Shown here: one piece after another, positions 28,197-37,684 of the stretch | Layout: every line of letters starts with the position of its first letter | How positions within the stretch are numbered: position 1 is the first letter of the stretch | Virus record (IMG/VR): IMGVR_UViG_3300036806_000229 | Length of the DNA stretch: 64,000 bases | Origin: an uncultured virus (IMG/VR IMGVR_UViG_3300036806_000229) | Lineage: Duplodnaviria; Heunggongvirae; Uroviricota; Caudoviricetes | Reading direction: 5' to 3' (one strand) | Translations under genes and position numbers: made by a program | Notes under the pieces: model-generated | What the model was told of the DNA's origin: nothing | Database searches by the model: none | Seen by the model: the letters and a program-made list of their open reading frames with translations, nothing else

Positions 28197-28945
28197 TTTT
28201 TGGTATCGGCGCGTTGTGGGGGACCAGATCAGATGTGAGTGGAGTTGGTCCAGATCAGTTCGCCATCCTTCAAGAAAACGAAGTTGATTTCACCTTTGAA
28301 TTGAAGGAATTGTATTCGCAATTGCAATTCCCAGTTGACATTGCTCGCGGCAAAGGTAAAATCACTGGCAAAGCCAAAATGGCCCGCGTGTTTGCTGCAT
28401 TGTATGCGGATCTGTTCTTCGGTTCTACGGTTCAAACTGGTGAGACTAATGTCCAGGAAAATGAAGCGGACACGATTCCGGTTTCAAGCCCATATACCAT
28501 CACCGTCGCCAATGCCGCTACCTTTGTGGCAGATTTGGGTGTGTTTTATGCCGGCAGCTTAAATCAAGGCAAACGGTTTTCGTATGTAACTACACCTACG
28601 GCAACTGGGCAGTATACAGTTAACCCGGCATCTGGTGTCTATACCTTCGCCTCGGTGGATGCAAGCCAGCCGGTACAGATTTCTTATGTCTATACCGATG
28701 TGAATGGGAAGACGATAGCCCTGGCAAACAACTTCATGGGCTTTACGCCGACGTTCATCGCGACGTTTTATCAACAGCGCAATACCCTAGGCGCGGCAGG
28801 GCAGTTGACTTTGAGATTGAATGAATGTGTTTCGTCTCGACTGAATTTTCCCTCCCGCATCGACGACTACGGCATCCCGGATTTTGATTTCATGGCCTTT
28901 TCAAACCAGGCCAATTCGATCGGTACATTGTCAACTTCGGAGTAA
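28187..28945 (+). CDS. Major tail (tube) protein
   Basis: Position before the chaperones and TMP; LQE..VDF.FELKELY..FPVDIARGKGKITGKAK. Confidence 0.75.
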   Translation: MQLIFGIGALWGTRSDVSGVGPDQFAILQENEVDFTFELKELYSQLQFPVDIARGKGKITGKAKMARVFAALYADLFFGSTVQTGETNVQENEADTIPVSSPYTITVANAATFVADLGVFYAGSLNQGKRFSYVTTPTATGQYTVNPASGVYTFASVDASQPVQISYVYTDVNGKTIALANNFMGFTPTFIATFYQQRNTLGAAGQLTLRLNECVSSRLNFPSRIDDYGIPDFDFMAFSNQANSIGTLSTSE

Positions 28946-28950
28946 AAATT

Positions 28951-29337
28951 ATGATCCCGGGCGTGAGACTCAGTTTGGGGGACAAGGATTTTATTGTCCC
29001 GCCGTTGACATTGGGAATGTTAAGGAATGGATTGCTAGTCAAACTGGAAGAACATGATAGACTGGTTGGCCAGGATGGAGAACAATGGAACCTGGTCGAC
29101 CTTCGCGGCCAAATTATCCTGGCAGCGTTGCGCCGTAATTATTCCGAAACCGATCTTCCCGAGTCTGAATTCTGGGACCGCATGGACATGGGAAATGTAA
29201 ATCAGGCCTGGGTCGCGGTGCTCGGTATCAGTGGATTTATCCCTGTGGGGGAAACTCCGGCGGCGGTGGAAACTGGGATCTCAGACCAATCTATCAATCC
29301 CTCGCCGCCGCCTATGGTTGGACCTATCGGGAGATAG
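28951..29337 (+). CDS. Tail assembly chaperone (gpG-like)
   Basis: Between tail tube and TMP; contains a slippery GGGGGAA. Confidence 0.75.
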   Translation: MIPGVRLSLGDKDFIVPPLTLGMLRNGLLVKLEEHDRLVGQDGEQWNLVDLRGQIILAALRRNYSETDLPESEFWDRMDMGNVNQAWVAVLGISGFIPVGETPAAVETGISDQSINPSPPPMVGPIGR

Positions 29338-29627
29338 ATGAGCATACACTTCAGGAGGTAAACGACTTATTTTCCGGTTGGAAAGACCATCCGCCGGTTT
29401 ATGTCCTGGTTAAGGCCATTGTAGAAGGATTTGGTGGCGGCAAGAAAACGGATATTGACGAAAAAGACATCGACCAACTTCAGCGTGAATCTCGCGGGCT
29501 GCTTCCAATCTTACGGGGAACGAAGGATCCTGGGCTACCAAAATCGGCCCCGGTTTTTGATCTAGATCAAATGCGAATAAAAAACCAGGAACGTATTAAG
29601 GCCAATCTTAAACTGAAAGCGAAGTAA
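29247..29627 (+). CDS. -1 frameshift extension of the tail chaperone (gpGT-like)
   Basis: G GGG GAA at 29247-29253; the -1 frame stays open (…YGWTYREIDEHTLQEV…WKDHPP…) to TAA at 29625-29627, overlapping the TMP ATG. Confidence 0.75.
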   Translation, partial: GGNSGGGGNWDLRPIYQSLAAAYGWTYREIDEHTLQEVNDLFSGWKDHPPVYVLVKAIVEGFGGGKKTDIDEKDIDQLQRESRGLLPILRGTKDPGLPKSAPVFDLDQMRIKNQERIKANLKLKAK

Positions 29628-32600
29628 TGTCTGAAACCCGCCTTGGTATAAATATCACCGCTAGTAATTCAGCCAGCACGGCCATTGCCGCGGTTTCAGC
29701 ACAGATCAAGGCCCTTGAAGGACATTTAAAAGCACTAACAACTGGATCAGCTGAATTTCAACGGCTGAATGCTAGTACCGCAGCGAGTTTACAGGCTGAA
29801 ATTGCGGCATTACGCGGCACGTCCGGGGCATTAGATTCCACTGCCGCAGCTACCACCCGAGCCGTTTCGGCAAACGAACGGCTTAAAGCCAGTTTTGTAA
29901 GCCAGGCAACCCTTAGGTCTATCTCAGCCGATCTAGATATACAAGCTGCGGTCTATCGTCGACTTGGAACAGAGGCTGGAAAGTATGCCGCGACTAAGGC
30001 GGCTCAGGCAAAGACAATTGCAGCGATTACCGCTGCCGAGACTGCTTCCCAACGCCGGGCGTATAAAGAGCAGATGGCGGCGCAGAAGGAAGCTGAGACG
30101 TTCCGGTTCCGAGTAATTCAAGGGATTGCCCCGTCAAGTTCAATAGCTGGGCATGACAAACAGGTTCGAGATTCACTTAGGGGCGCAGAACAGGAAGGCA
30201 GAGCTGCCCAGGCTTTTCGATTTAATATGCAACAGGCCCTTGCGCCAAAATCTTCTGTTGCAGCACATGCTAAGGAACTAGAACAGGTTGGCCGGGGGGC
30301 AAGACGAGCAGCTGAAGGAACTGCAATTCTTCAACGCGAGAGTAAACATCTGGTCTCCGCGTTTGACGAATTGGCGTCTGGGCGCCGTGGTCAGTTCTTC
30401 GCCACATTGGGCTCGTCAATTCGCGATGCAGGATTGGGTTCTACACCGCTTATTGCATCTATTGGGGTATTGGGTGGGGTATTGGCGACCACTGCCATTG
30501 TCCGCGGCGCTGAACACATGGGGCAGTGGGCCGAAAAGACCAAGGCCGCAGCTGCTGCTGCCGGGACTGCATTGCCGCAGTTTTCTCAACTCCAGGGCGC
30601 GTTGGAACTAACGGGTGCGAAAGGTGAGTCTGCCAACACGGCTCTGCGTCATTTTGCTGACAACGTCGGCAAGGCAATGGCGAATTCGAAAGGAATACAA
30701 GCCCAGGCATTCAACGCTATCGGCATTTCGATGGATGAATTGAGACAGAAGTCTCAAAACCTGCCCGAATTGTTCAAACGTGTTGCAGATGCGCTAGGCG
30801 GATTTTCTGACGGGGCAAATAAGGCCCGGGCGGCAGAGGAGATTTTCGGTCAGGGTTTGGCTACTGTCGAACCGTTGTTAAATACAAGTGGACAACAGAT
30901 CCAAGATCTGATGAACAAGGCCCGGGAATTAGGCATCACGCTTGATTCACAGACGGCGAAGTCGTTGATCGAGACCGGAAATAAAGCTAGTACCCTCGCC
31001 GCGATTATTAAGGGCGAGGCGATTAAGGCGTTTGTTGAATGGGGGCCGGCGATCCAAGATGTGATTGGGTTCCTTGGCACCTTGGACAAGGCTCTAAACA
31101 CGGTTGTAGGGGCCGTGCAACGAGCTGGAACGGCGATCCATGACTTTATGGCCGCCGTGGGCCGTGGCATGGCTATGGGCGAGGGTTTCGGTATGGTTGA
31201 CACCATAACCGGCGGCCCGGGCAAATCGCCTTTTGAACGCGGTGGGCGGGAGGGGATGAGTGAAATGTCCACTACCCTTCCTGATGTTGCAGTAATTGGG
31301 CAACCAAAGCCGAAGGCAGGACGGAAGCCAAGGGTTGACCACGGGCCAGATAAGGCCGCGTTTGCCGAATATAAGTCCAACATCACGGAGCTACGCGAAC
31401 AACTATCCTCTCTCCGCCGGGATCATGAATTAAATGATCAGATGCTTGAAGCACAGTCCGCGGCGGCTAGAACCGTGGATTATGGAGCCGGGCCAACGGG
31501 CAGATTTAAACGTGCCCAGAGTGAATATGCGGCCTTTAAATCCGTACAGGAGCAAAAACTTCAAGCCCTAAAACAGTTTCAGTCTCAAAGCGATTCGATA
31601 TATGACCAGATAGCTGCCGCGGCTACTAAGGAATATGCTGTTGGCGGGGCAAAGTACAACATTGCATCCCAGGCCGAAAAATCGGCCCAAATATGGGGCC
31701 AAGACTCTGCCGCGTATAAAAAGGCCGTCGGAGACAAGATCGCTGCGGATAAGGAATTTGCAATTCAACACCAACGGATTGAGAACGAAATCCAGTCCCA
31801 TGTCCAGACTGTAATCGATGCCCACACCGCTGCTGTTGAGGAAGTGACCAAGAAGTGGGGTTCTGCGTTTGATAAGATTGGCGATGATATAGAGAATAGT
31901 ATTACTGACGCGATTAAATCCGCCTTTCGGCCAATGAAACCAGAATACTGGTACAGTTCAATCCGAGGGCCGCACGGGGCAGCACTAACTCAGTCGCATC
32001 GAATCAGTCCATCGACACAGATTTTTGAAAAACTAGGCACAAGCGTCGCGACGGAACTGGGCCACACACTCCAATCAACATTAACCGAATCATTGGCAAA
32101 GTCGTTGTCTGGCGGTACAGCCTCATCGTTAGGTGGATTATTGGCCAAATCTATTGGTCTAGGAACCCCTGGTGGGTTGTTTGGTTCCGGTATCGGAGCT
32201 GTGGCGGGAGTGGATCAGGCCGCAACCCAGGCTGCGTTTTCGGCTAGTGTAGCGACATTCACTGCCGCGGTTGGAACCTTTGCGGCAGCAGCTGGTACAT
32301 CTGCCGTCGGTGGAGTTGGAGCGGCAGCTGGAGCAGCTGGCGGGTTGGCTGGTGTCGGTAAGTTCGTCGGCGGCTTGTTGCCATTTGGGTTTAAATCCGG
32401 TGGTGTTGTACCATCAGCTGCCGGTGGCTGGGCACTTGGTTCATTTCCCGGTGCAACGCCGGCACTGCTTCATTCGCGTGAAATGGTATTACCAAGCCAT
32501 ATTTCTGAAGGCTTGCAGGGTATGATTGGCAGTGGTAAATCTCCTGGCGGCGATATGCACATGCACTTCCACGGGCCAGCTGATGCGCCGTCAATTGCCA

Positions 32601-32686
32601 AATGGTTTAAAGACAATGTTCAAGCCAATTCGGGAGCAATCAAAGCTATGTTTAGAAACAATTCTCTAACGCCCAGGAGTATTTGA
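29627..32686 (+). CDS. Tape measure protein
   Basis: 1019 aa, Ala-rich helical; C-terminal GGVVP..LLHSREMVLP; follows the chaperone frameshift. Confidence 0.9.
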   Translation: MSETRLGINITASNSASTAIAAVSAQIKALEGHLKALTTGSAEFQRLNASTAASLQAEIAALRGTSGALDSTAAATTRAVSANERLKASFVSQATLRSISADLDIQAAVYRRLGTEAGKYAATKAAQAKTIAAITAAETASQRRAYKEQMAAQKEAETFRFRVIQGIAPSSSIAGHDKQVRDSLRGAEQEGRAAQAFRFNMQQALAPKSSVAAHAKELEQVGRGARRAAEGTAILQRESKHLVSAFDELASGRRGQFFATLGSSIRDAGLGSTPLIASIGVLGGVLATTAIVRGAEHMGQWAEKTKAAAAAAGTALPQFSQLQGALELTGAKGESANTALRHFADNVGKAMANSKGIQAQAFNAIGISMDELRQKSQNLPELFKRVADALGGFSDGANKARAAEEIFGQGLATVEPLLNTSGQQIQDLMNKARELGITLDSQTAKSLIETGNKASTLAAIIKGEAIKAFVEWGPAIQDVIGFLGTLDKALNTVVGAVQRAGTAIHDFMAAVGRGMAMGEGFGMVDTITGGPGKSPFERGGREGMSEMSTTLPDVAVIGQPKPKAGRKPRVDHGPDKAAFAEYKSNITELREQLSSLRRDHELNDQMLEAQSAAARTVDYGAGPTGRFKRAQSEYAAFKSVQEQKLQALKQFQSQSDSIYDQIAAAATKEYAVGGAKYNIASQAEKSAQIWGQDSAAYKKAVGDKIAADKEFAIQHQRIENEIQSHVQTVIDAHTAAVEEVTKKWGSAFDKIGDDIENSITDAIKSAFRPMKPEYWYSSIRGPHGAALTQSHRISPSTQIFEKLGTSVATELGHTLQSTLTESLAKSLSGGTASSLGGLLAKSIGLGTPGGLFGSGIGAVAGVDQAATQAAFSASVATFTAAVGTFAAAAGTSAVGGVGAAAGAAGGLAGVGKFVGGLLPFGFKSGGVVPSAAGGWALGSFPGATPALLHSREMVLPSHISEGLQGMIGSGKSPGGDMHMHFHGPADAPSIAKWFKDNVQANSGAIKAMFRNNSLTPRSI

Positions 32687-32689
32687 TCT

Positions 32690-34528
32690 GTGAAACAACG
32701 GGTTTTATACGGCCTGGTAGTTTGGATATTGAGTTGTGGGTTGGCTCTAGCCCAGACTACTGGATGGGAATATCCAACAACAAGTTCGTACACAGCTAGT
32801 TCAGCGGATAACGGTAAAATCCTTGCCAGTGATAATATTCCCGGCGCGACGATTACGGTCACACTTCCCAGCCCCGTAACTGTTGGTCAGGGTTGGGAAA
32901 TGGGTTTCAGCAACGGCGGCGGACATGGTATCATAATCAATACACCGATAAGCACGTATATACTTTCTGGCCAAAAAACCTTCACATCCTTTACCTCGCC
33001 TAGTAATACGAATTTTGAATACTTTGCGATTCAGTCAGATGGAACAAATTTCCGTCTTCTGGTTGCTACTACAACCACTGCCCTATTTAATGGAATCGAT
33101 GGTGCGGCAGGGGGTTTGAAGTGGGAATATCTATTCTCGACCGGCTATGCCGCTACTCTTACCGACAACGGCATGACTATGAGTACGATTTTGGCAGGAG
33201 GTGATTCAACCATAACCCTGCCATCTATATCGTTAATACCAAATGGCTGGACAATTGGAATATATACCGGCGGTAATAACGCAGCAATTATCCAACCAAA
33301 TGGAGTTTCCGGGGGAACGTTGATTGATACAGATGGAAATAGTGTTTCTAGTTTAAATATTCCAGGAAATCCAGTAAACAATTACATCACCTTGGCATTT
33401 GACGGCGCGGCGTTCCGTGTTACGTCTACGACTTATAATTCCCATCTTGGAGTTTTTGATAACAAAACTGCCCCGATCGGGCGTCCACAAGAAGGAGAGG
33501 CGATTTTAGGAAAATCTGAGCCGGGTTTTACAGCAGAACAAATTGCTGATTGGATTTTCTGCAACTGCACTGACCCGGTGAGTTATGATGCAGTGCGTGG
33601 TATTGGTATTTTGACCCCTGGATCGACTATCGATTTAGTAAACGGTGTTGCCGGCTATGTAATGTCGCAAACGCCTATTTCTGGTCCTTACCCGACCTCA
33701 GTAGCACTCTTCGGAATGGGAATTGCTGACGCTGACGGCGCTGCCGTTTGGGGTCTTAATACAGCTATATCCGATCACCGTGGACAGGTCGTCAGCACTG
33801 GTACTGGCAGAAGTATGTATAATGAACTTGACTTGAATTTTACCAGCCCTGGTTCTACGGGGATTGGTTTACAAGTAGCTGGAGCCTCTCTAGCGCAGCC
33901 GGCTTCTGCTCTTGGACTAGTATGTGCCAATTTGGACGCGGCCTCTCCAGTAGGTAGTGTCGCACAGTGGTCTAATTGTTTTTACACTAACGATAACGCC
34001 TCGCACGTTGCGATGTCTGTAGGAACTGATGGCATTGTAGCAAATTCAAACAGCCAAGCAATGCAGTTTCGCTATCGTGACGGGTCAAATTTTGTTCAAA
34101 GCGTAGCTTTTGCGATAAATCCTGGCGCCCAAATAGGATTTGCAAATACCGCTGGAGGCGCTACAACTATAAACGGAGCTACCATAATAACGCCGAGTGG
34201 AAGTTTTGCTAATGAATATGTCGGGCTTGATTTAGGTTATTATTCTGGAACTCCACCAAGCAGTGGTTCTCCGATAACAGGGCAGCCAGTATCTAAACCA
34301 AGCTCGGTTCTTGATTTTACATATACCGATTCTAGCGGGACAATTCAGTCTTTGGCGTTTCAGGCACTTGGAGGAGACGTGCCGATAGTTACGTTAACAT
34401 CAAACTCAGGCCCAGCATATCTTAAAGTAGGAACTTCGGTTACTGCTAACTGGCCCGGTTCATGTACAGGTCAGCCTCATGGTGCGATATGGAATGATGG
34501 ATCTGGTAATGCTAAAATCTGTCCTTAG
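32690..34528 (+). CDS. Exported fibre/spike-like protein with two gp10-like modules
   Basis: Signal peptide ALA-Q; two WEY..Y.A...DNG.....TLPS....GW repeats. Confidence 0.65.
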   Translation: MKQRVLYGLVVWILSCGLALAQTTGWEYPTTSSYTASSADNGKILASDNIPGATITVTLPSPVTVGQGWEMGFSNGGGHGIIINTPISTYILSGQKTFTSFTSPSNTNFEYFAIQSDGTNFRLLVATTTTALFNGIDGAAGGLKWEYLFSTGYAATLTDNGMTMSTILAGGDSTITLPSISLIPNGWTIGIYTGGNNAAIIQPNGVSGGTLIDTDGNSVSSLNIPGNPVNNYITLAFDGAAFRVTSTTYNSHLGVFDNKTAPIGRPQEGEAILGKSEPGFTAEQIADWIFCNCTDPVSYDAVRGIGILTPGSTIDLVNGVAGYVMSQTPISGPYPTSVALFGMGIADADGAAVWGLNTAISDHRGQVVSTGTGRSMYNELDLNFTSPGSTGIGLQVAGASLAQPASALGLVCANLDAASPVGSVAQWSNCFYTNDNASHVAMSVGTDGIVANSNSQAMQFRYRDGSNFVQSVAFAINPGAQIGFANTAGGATTINGATIITPSGSFANEYVGLDLGYYSGTPPSSGSPITGQPVSKPSSVLDFTYTDSSGTIQSLAFQALGGDVPIVTLTSNSGPAYLKVGTSVTANWPGSCTGQPHGAIWNDGSGNAKICP

Positions 34529-34538
34529 GAGTGATTCA

Positions 34539-34778
34539 ATGAGAAAGATTAGTCTTGGTTTTGTGCTTGGATTAGTGCCAGGAATTGCAATGGCAGCAGA
34601 GAACGCGGTTCAACCGTTGCCTACCTGGCAGGATGTGGCGATACAATCAAGTGTTAATTCCGCATCGGATCATGCGTTGGATCTGACAATTATTCGGTCC
34701 TTGCAAAATGAAATTGTGGAATTAAAAGCAAAACTTAATCCCCCTAAAACGCCGCCAACTAATTCCCCGTCGCCTTGA
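34539..34778 (+). CDS. Exported small coiled-coil protein
   Basis: AGGAG RBS; signal peptide AMA-A. Confidence 0.6.
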   Translation: MRKISLGFVLGLVPGIAMAAENAVQPLPTWQDVAIQSSVNSASDHALDLTIIRSLQNEIVELKAKLNPPKTPPTNSPSP

Positions 34779-35203
34779 TGTCCGGGGATTCACAAGCCGC
34801 CTTAGCTCGGGCCGCGGCAGAGATTGCGGATTTAAAAACAAAGTTAAACCAAGCCAATATCCAGGTCGCCGAGGCGAAGCAAAATACTTCTGCGGCGCAT
34901 ACGGCGGCGACCAAAGCTCAGACTGAAACCACTGCCGCGATTCATGCCCGTGATGAATGGAAAGATAAATATAATGACGTAGCCAGGCAGTTGGCAGATA
35001 TAAATTCTTCTATCGAGCCAGGAATAACAAAACAAACTATGTTTGTAACGGCGGGCGATGGAACAGTACACAGATCTATGAACCAAGCCCGGCGGCATTT
35101 GGTTCGTAGCATGTTAGGGATAACTGAAAGCCAAATGGACAGTGTTCTTGTCCACGGTGAAACGGTAATGGGGATTTTACAAAGGATAAATGCCAGTGGA
35201 TAA
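34775..35203 (+). CDS. Coiled-coil hypothetical protein
   Basis: Coupled ORF; heptad-rich N-terminal half. Confidence 0.6.
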   Translation: MMSGDSQAALARAAAEIADLKTKLNQANIQVAEAKQNTSAAHTAATKAQTETTAAIHARDEWKDKYNDVARQLADINSSIEPGITKQTMFVTAGDGTVHRSMNQARRHLVRSMLGITESQMDSVLVHGETVMGILQRINASG

Positions 35204-35699
35204 AAGTGTATTTATATTCCTAACTTGGGTATTGTTGCCTATCTCAGCCTTTGCCCAGGCAACTGGAAATGTGTTTCCAACGCCTAATGGTCAGGTTGCG
35301 CCGGGGTATATGACCCTGGTTCCAGCAGGACCTATTGTTAATGGTCAACCTGTCGCCGCGCCACCTAGTTTAGTCAATGGAATGCCGGTTGTGTGTACGA
35401 ATTGCAGTCCAAGTGCTCCGACAGGCGCGAGCTCAAACCCAATCAACGGGACTATTGCAGTTACTAACACGTTTCAGACTCTAACCGCCTTAAATACGGC
35501 GCGTAAGAGTTGTACGTTTCAAAACCAAGGCACACACACGATGTATTTTAGTATCGCACCGAGTCCGACATTAACCAATTCACTTCAAGTACCACCGGGC
35601 GGCTTGTACGAATGTGCTAGTTCGTCTAATGTTGTAATTACGGATCTGATTTATATCACTGGAACCGCCGGCGATGCCTTTGCGGGGGAATGGCAGTGA
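35190..35699 (+). CDS. Exported small beta protein (paralog of 15797..16144)
   Basis: Signal peptide AFA-Q; RKSCTFQNQGTHTMYFS..QVPPGG. Confidence 0.65.
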   Translation: MPVDKSVFIFLTWVLLPISAFAQATGNVFPTPNGQVAPGYMTLVPAGPIVNGQPVAAPPSLVNGMPVVCTNCSPSAPTGASSNPINGTIAVTNTFQTLTALNTARKSCTFQNQGTHTMYFSIAPSPTLTNSLQVPPGGLYECASSSNVVITDLIYITGTAGDAFAGEWQ

Positions 35700-37057
35700 A
35701 TAAATCTGGATTAATTTTTGCTTTATGGTTTGGGTTTATAACCCCTGCCCTGGCTCAAAGAATTGTTCAACCTCCAGCAGTTACTACGTCGCCTAGTGTA
35801 ACTGCTCCGATTTCACATGAATTTGTAACTGGATATCCATCCCCCGGTGGCGCGTTAAGCCAGGCACAACCAAGTACGGCGGATTTAACAACCAGTATCA
35901 ATGCCTTAATCAAGGGCAATGGTTCAGTACTTTCAGCATATGCCGGGACTGGCTGTACAAATCAAGTTCCGACAGCAATTTCCGCCCTTGGTGTTGCAAC
36001 GTGTTCATCGTTAACAAATGCGTATCTTACAGCAGGGACATATAGCAATATTACTGGAACTGGAACCTTACTCGCGGGAGCTACTGGAGCTGGATTTACA
36101 ATAGCCTTGGGCGCTAGTACCGTTACGGGAATTTTAGGTATTGTTAACGGTGGGACTGGAAGTGCAAACTGGCTTGGCGCAGGAAATGTGTTCACTGTTA
36201 ATCAAACAATAAACCTCAATGCTGCCTCGTTGCCGGTTATTAATTCTCCATCCTTGACCATTTCTAATGTTGATGGGACGACGGCGGCAGAGAATATTAT
36301 CGCAGCTGCTTCTGGGGCATCGGTAAGGATGTATAGGGCCGATGGGACTATTGCATCTCCAACAACCTTGGTCAATACCGACGCTATTGGAATTGTGTCT
36401 TGGGGTGGGTACAACAGCAGTGCATATAAATCCGGCGCGGCGATTATGGAAGCCCACGCGACGGAAACCTGGTCCGGCGCCACAAACGGCACGGCGGTTT
36501 CGATCCAATCCACGCCGAACAGTTCAACCACACGACAGATTGAAGCAACGTTCCAAGGCGGCATTGCCTCCGGCAGTGGAACGCCGCAAGGTTTGGGTTC
36601 GGTTAATGCTCCTGGGGGGTTTTATGTTGGATCTCAGTCGGTGATTAACGGTTCTTCCGGCGCCAATTTCCCTGGTGGCTTGACCGCGACTATTGCCTCC
36701 GCAACAGCAGCGTTGACTTATGCCTGTTATAACAGTTCAACAGGCGTGTTCACGTATGATAGTGCGGGAACCTGTCTTGTGTCGTCATTACGATTCAAGC
36801 ATGATGTGAAGGAAATAACCAATCCGATTGATAAAATCATGGCACTACAACCTATTGACTTTGTTTATAATGACCAGTCAAACCTTCCTGGCCGGCATAT
36901 TGGCCTTAGTGCCGAATCAGTCGCTGCCGCGGTTCCGGAACTAGTAACCTATGACCATGACCATAGACCAGAGAAGGTGAAATACTTGGAATTGATAGGT
37001 TTGCTCACGGCGGCGATACAGGATCAACAGAAAGAAATCAATGCCTTGAGGCATTAA
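35690..37057 (+). CDS. Tail fibre with C-terminal peptidase S74 intramolecular chaperone, carrying a signal peptide
   Basis: SSLRFKHDV..IMALQPIDFVY..HIGLSAESV..VPELV..AIQDQQKEI; N-terminal signal peptide ALA-Q. Confidence 0.85.
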   Translation: MAVNKSGLIFALWFGFITPALAQRIVQPPAVTTSPSVTAPISHEFVTGYPSPGGALSQAQPSTADLTTSINALIKGNGSVLSAYAGTGCTNQVPTAISALGVATCSSLTNAYLTAGTYSNITGTGTLLAGATGAGFTIALGASTVTGILGIVNGGTGSANWLGAGNVFTVNQTINLNAASLPVINSPSLTISNVDGTTAAENIIAAASGASVRMYRADGTIASPTTLVNTDAIGIVSWGGYNSSAYKSGAAIMEAHATETWSGATNGTAVSIQSTPNSSTTRQIEATFQGGIASGSGTPQGLGSVNAPGGFYVGSQSVINGSSGANFPGGLTATIASATAALTYACYNSSTGVFTYDSAGTCLVSSLRFKHDVKEITNPIDKIMALQPIDFVYNDQSNLPGRHIGLSAESVAAAVPELVTYDHDHRPEKVKYLELIGLLTAAIQDQQKEINALRH

Positions 37058-37684
37058 ATGCCAAATGTGTTCCCAATTTTACCCGGACTGAGTTTTTCCT
37101 CGTTTAAAGCACCGATGTTTAAAACGCGCGTGCAACGAGGGATCTCAGGCCGCACACTTCGCGTCAGCTTTCAACCCGTGCCGACGTGGAGCTTTAAATT
37201 AAAGTTTGACATTCTGCGCGACAAATGGCCAAACCAGCAGCCGGGTTGGACTGGGACGTTGCAGGATGAATTAAGAACCTTGATGGGGTTCTTTTTAGGA
37301 CAACAGGGAAGTTTAATCCCGTTCCTGTATCAGGATCCGACAGATTACTTTATCACTGGCCAGCAACTAGGTAATGGCAATGGGAGTTTGACTACTTACC
37401 AGTTGATTCGTACTATGTACGATTTTAACGAACCGATCATCGCGCCGAATGCAGTGACGGCGGTTTATATAAATGGTACTCCACAAAGCACGGCAACATG
37501 GTCCGTAAACGCGTCAAACGGTGTGATTACCTTTACCTCGCCGCCGGCAAATGAGACAGTTATCACGGCAGATTTTTCATATTATTTCCTCTGTGCTTTT
37601 TCAGAAGATACCTATTCGTTTGAATACTTCATGTATCAATTATGGCAGTTGGGCGAGATGAAGTTTGAGAGTGTGCTTTTATGA
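37058..37684 (+). CDS. DUF2460 distal tail protein (RcGTA g12-like)
   Basis: P.FKT.VQ..ISG, FF....G....FLY.DP.D, G.G.G....YQL, ITADF.YYF. Confidence 0.85.
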   Translation: MPNVFPILPGLSFSSFKAPMFKTRVQRGISGRTLRVSFQPVPTWSFKLKFDILRDKWPNQQPGWTGTLQDELRTLMGFFLGQQGSLIPFLYQDPTDYFITGQQLGNGNGSLTTYQLIRTMYDFNEPIIAPNAVTAVYINGTPQSTATWSVNASNGVITFTSPPANETVITADFSYYFLCAFSEDTYSFEYFMYQLWQLGEMKFESVLL

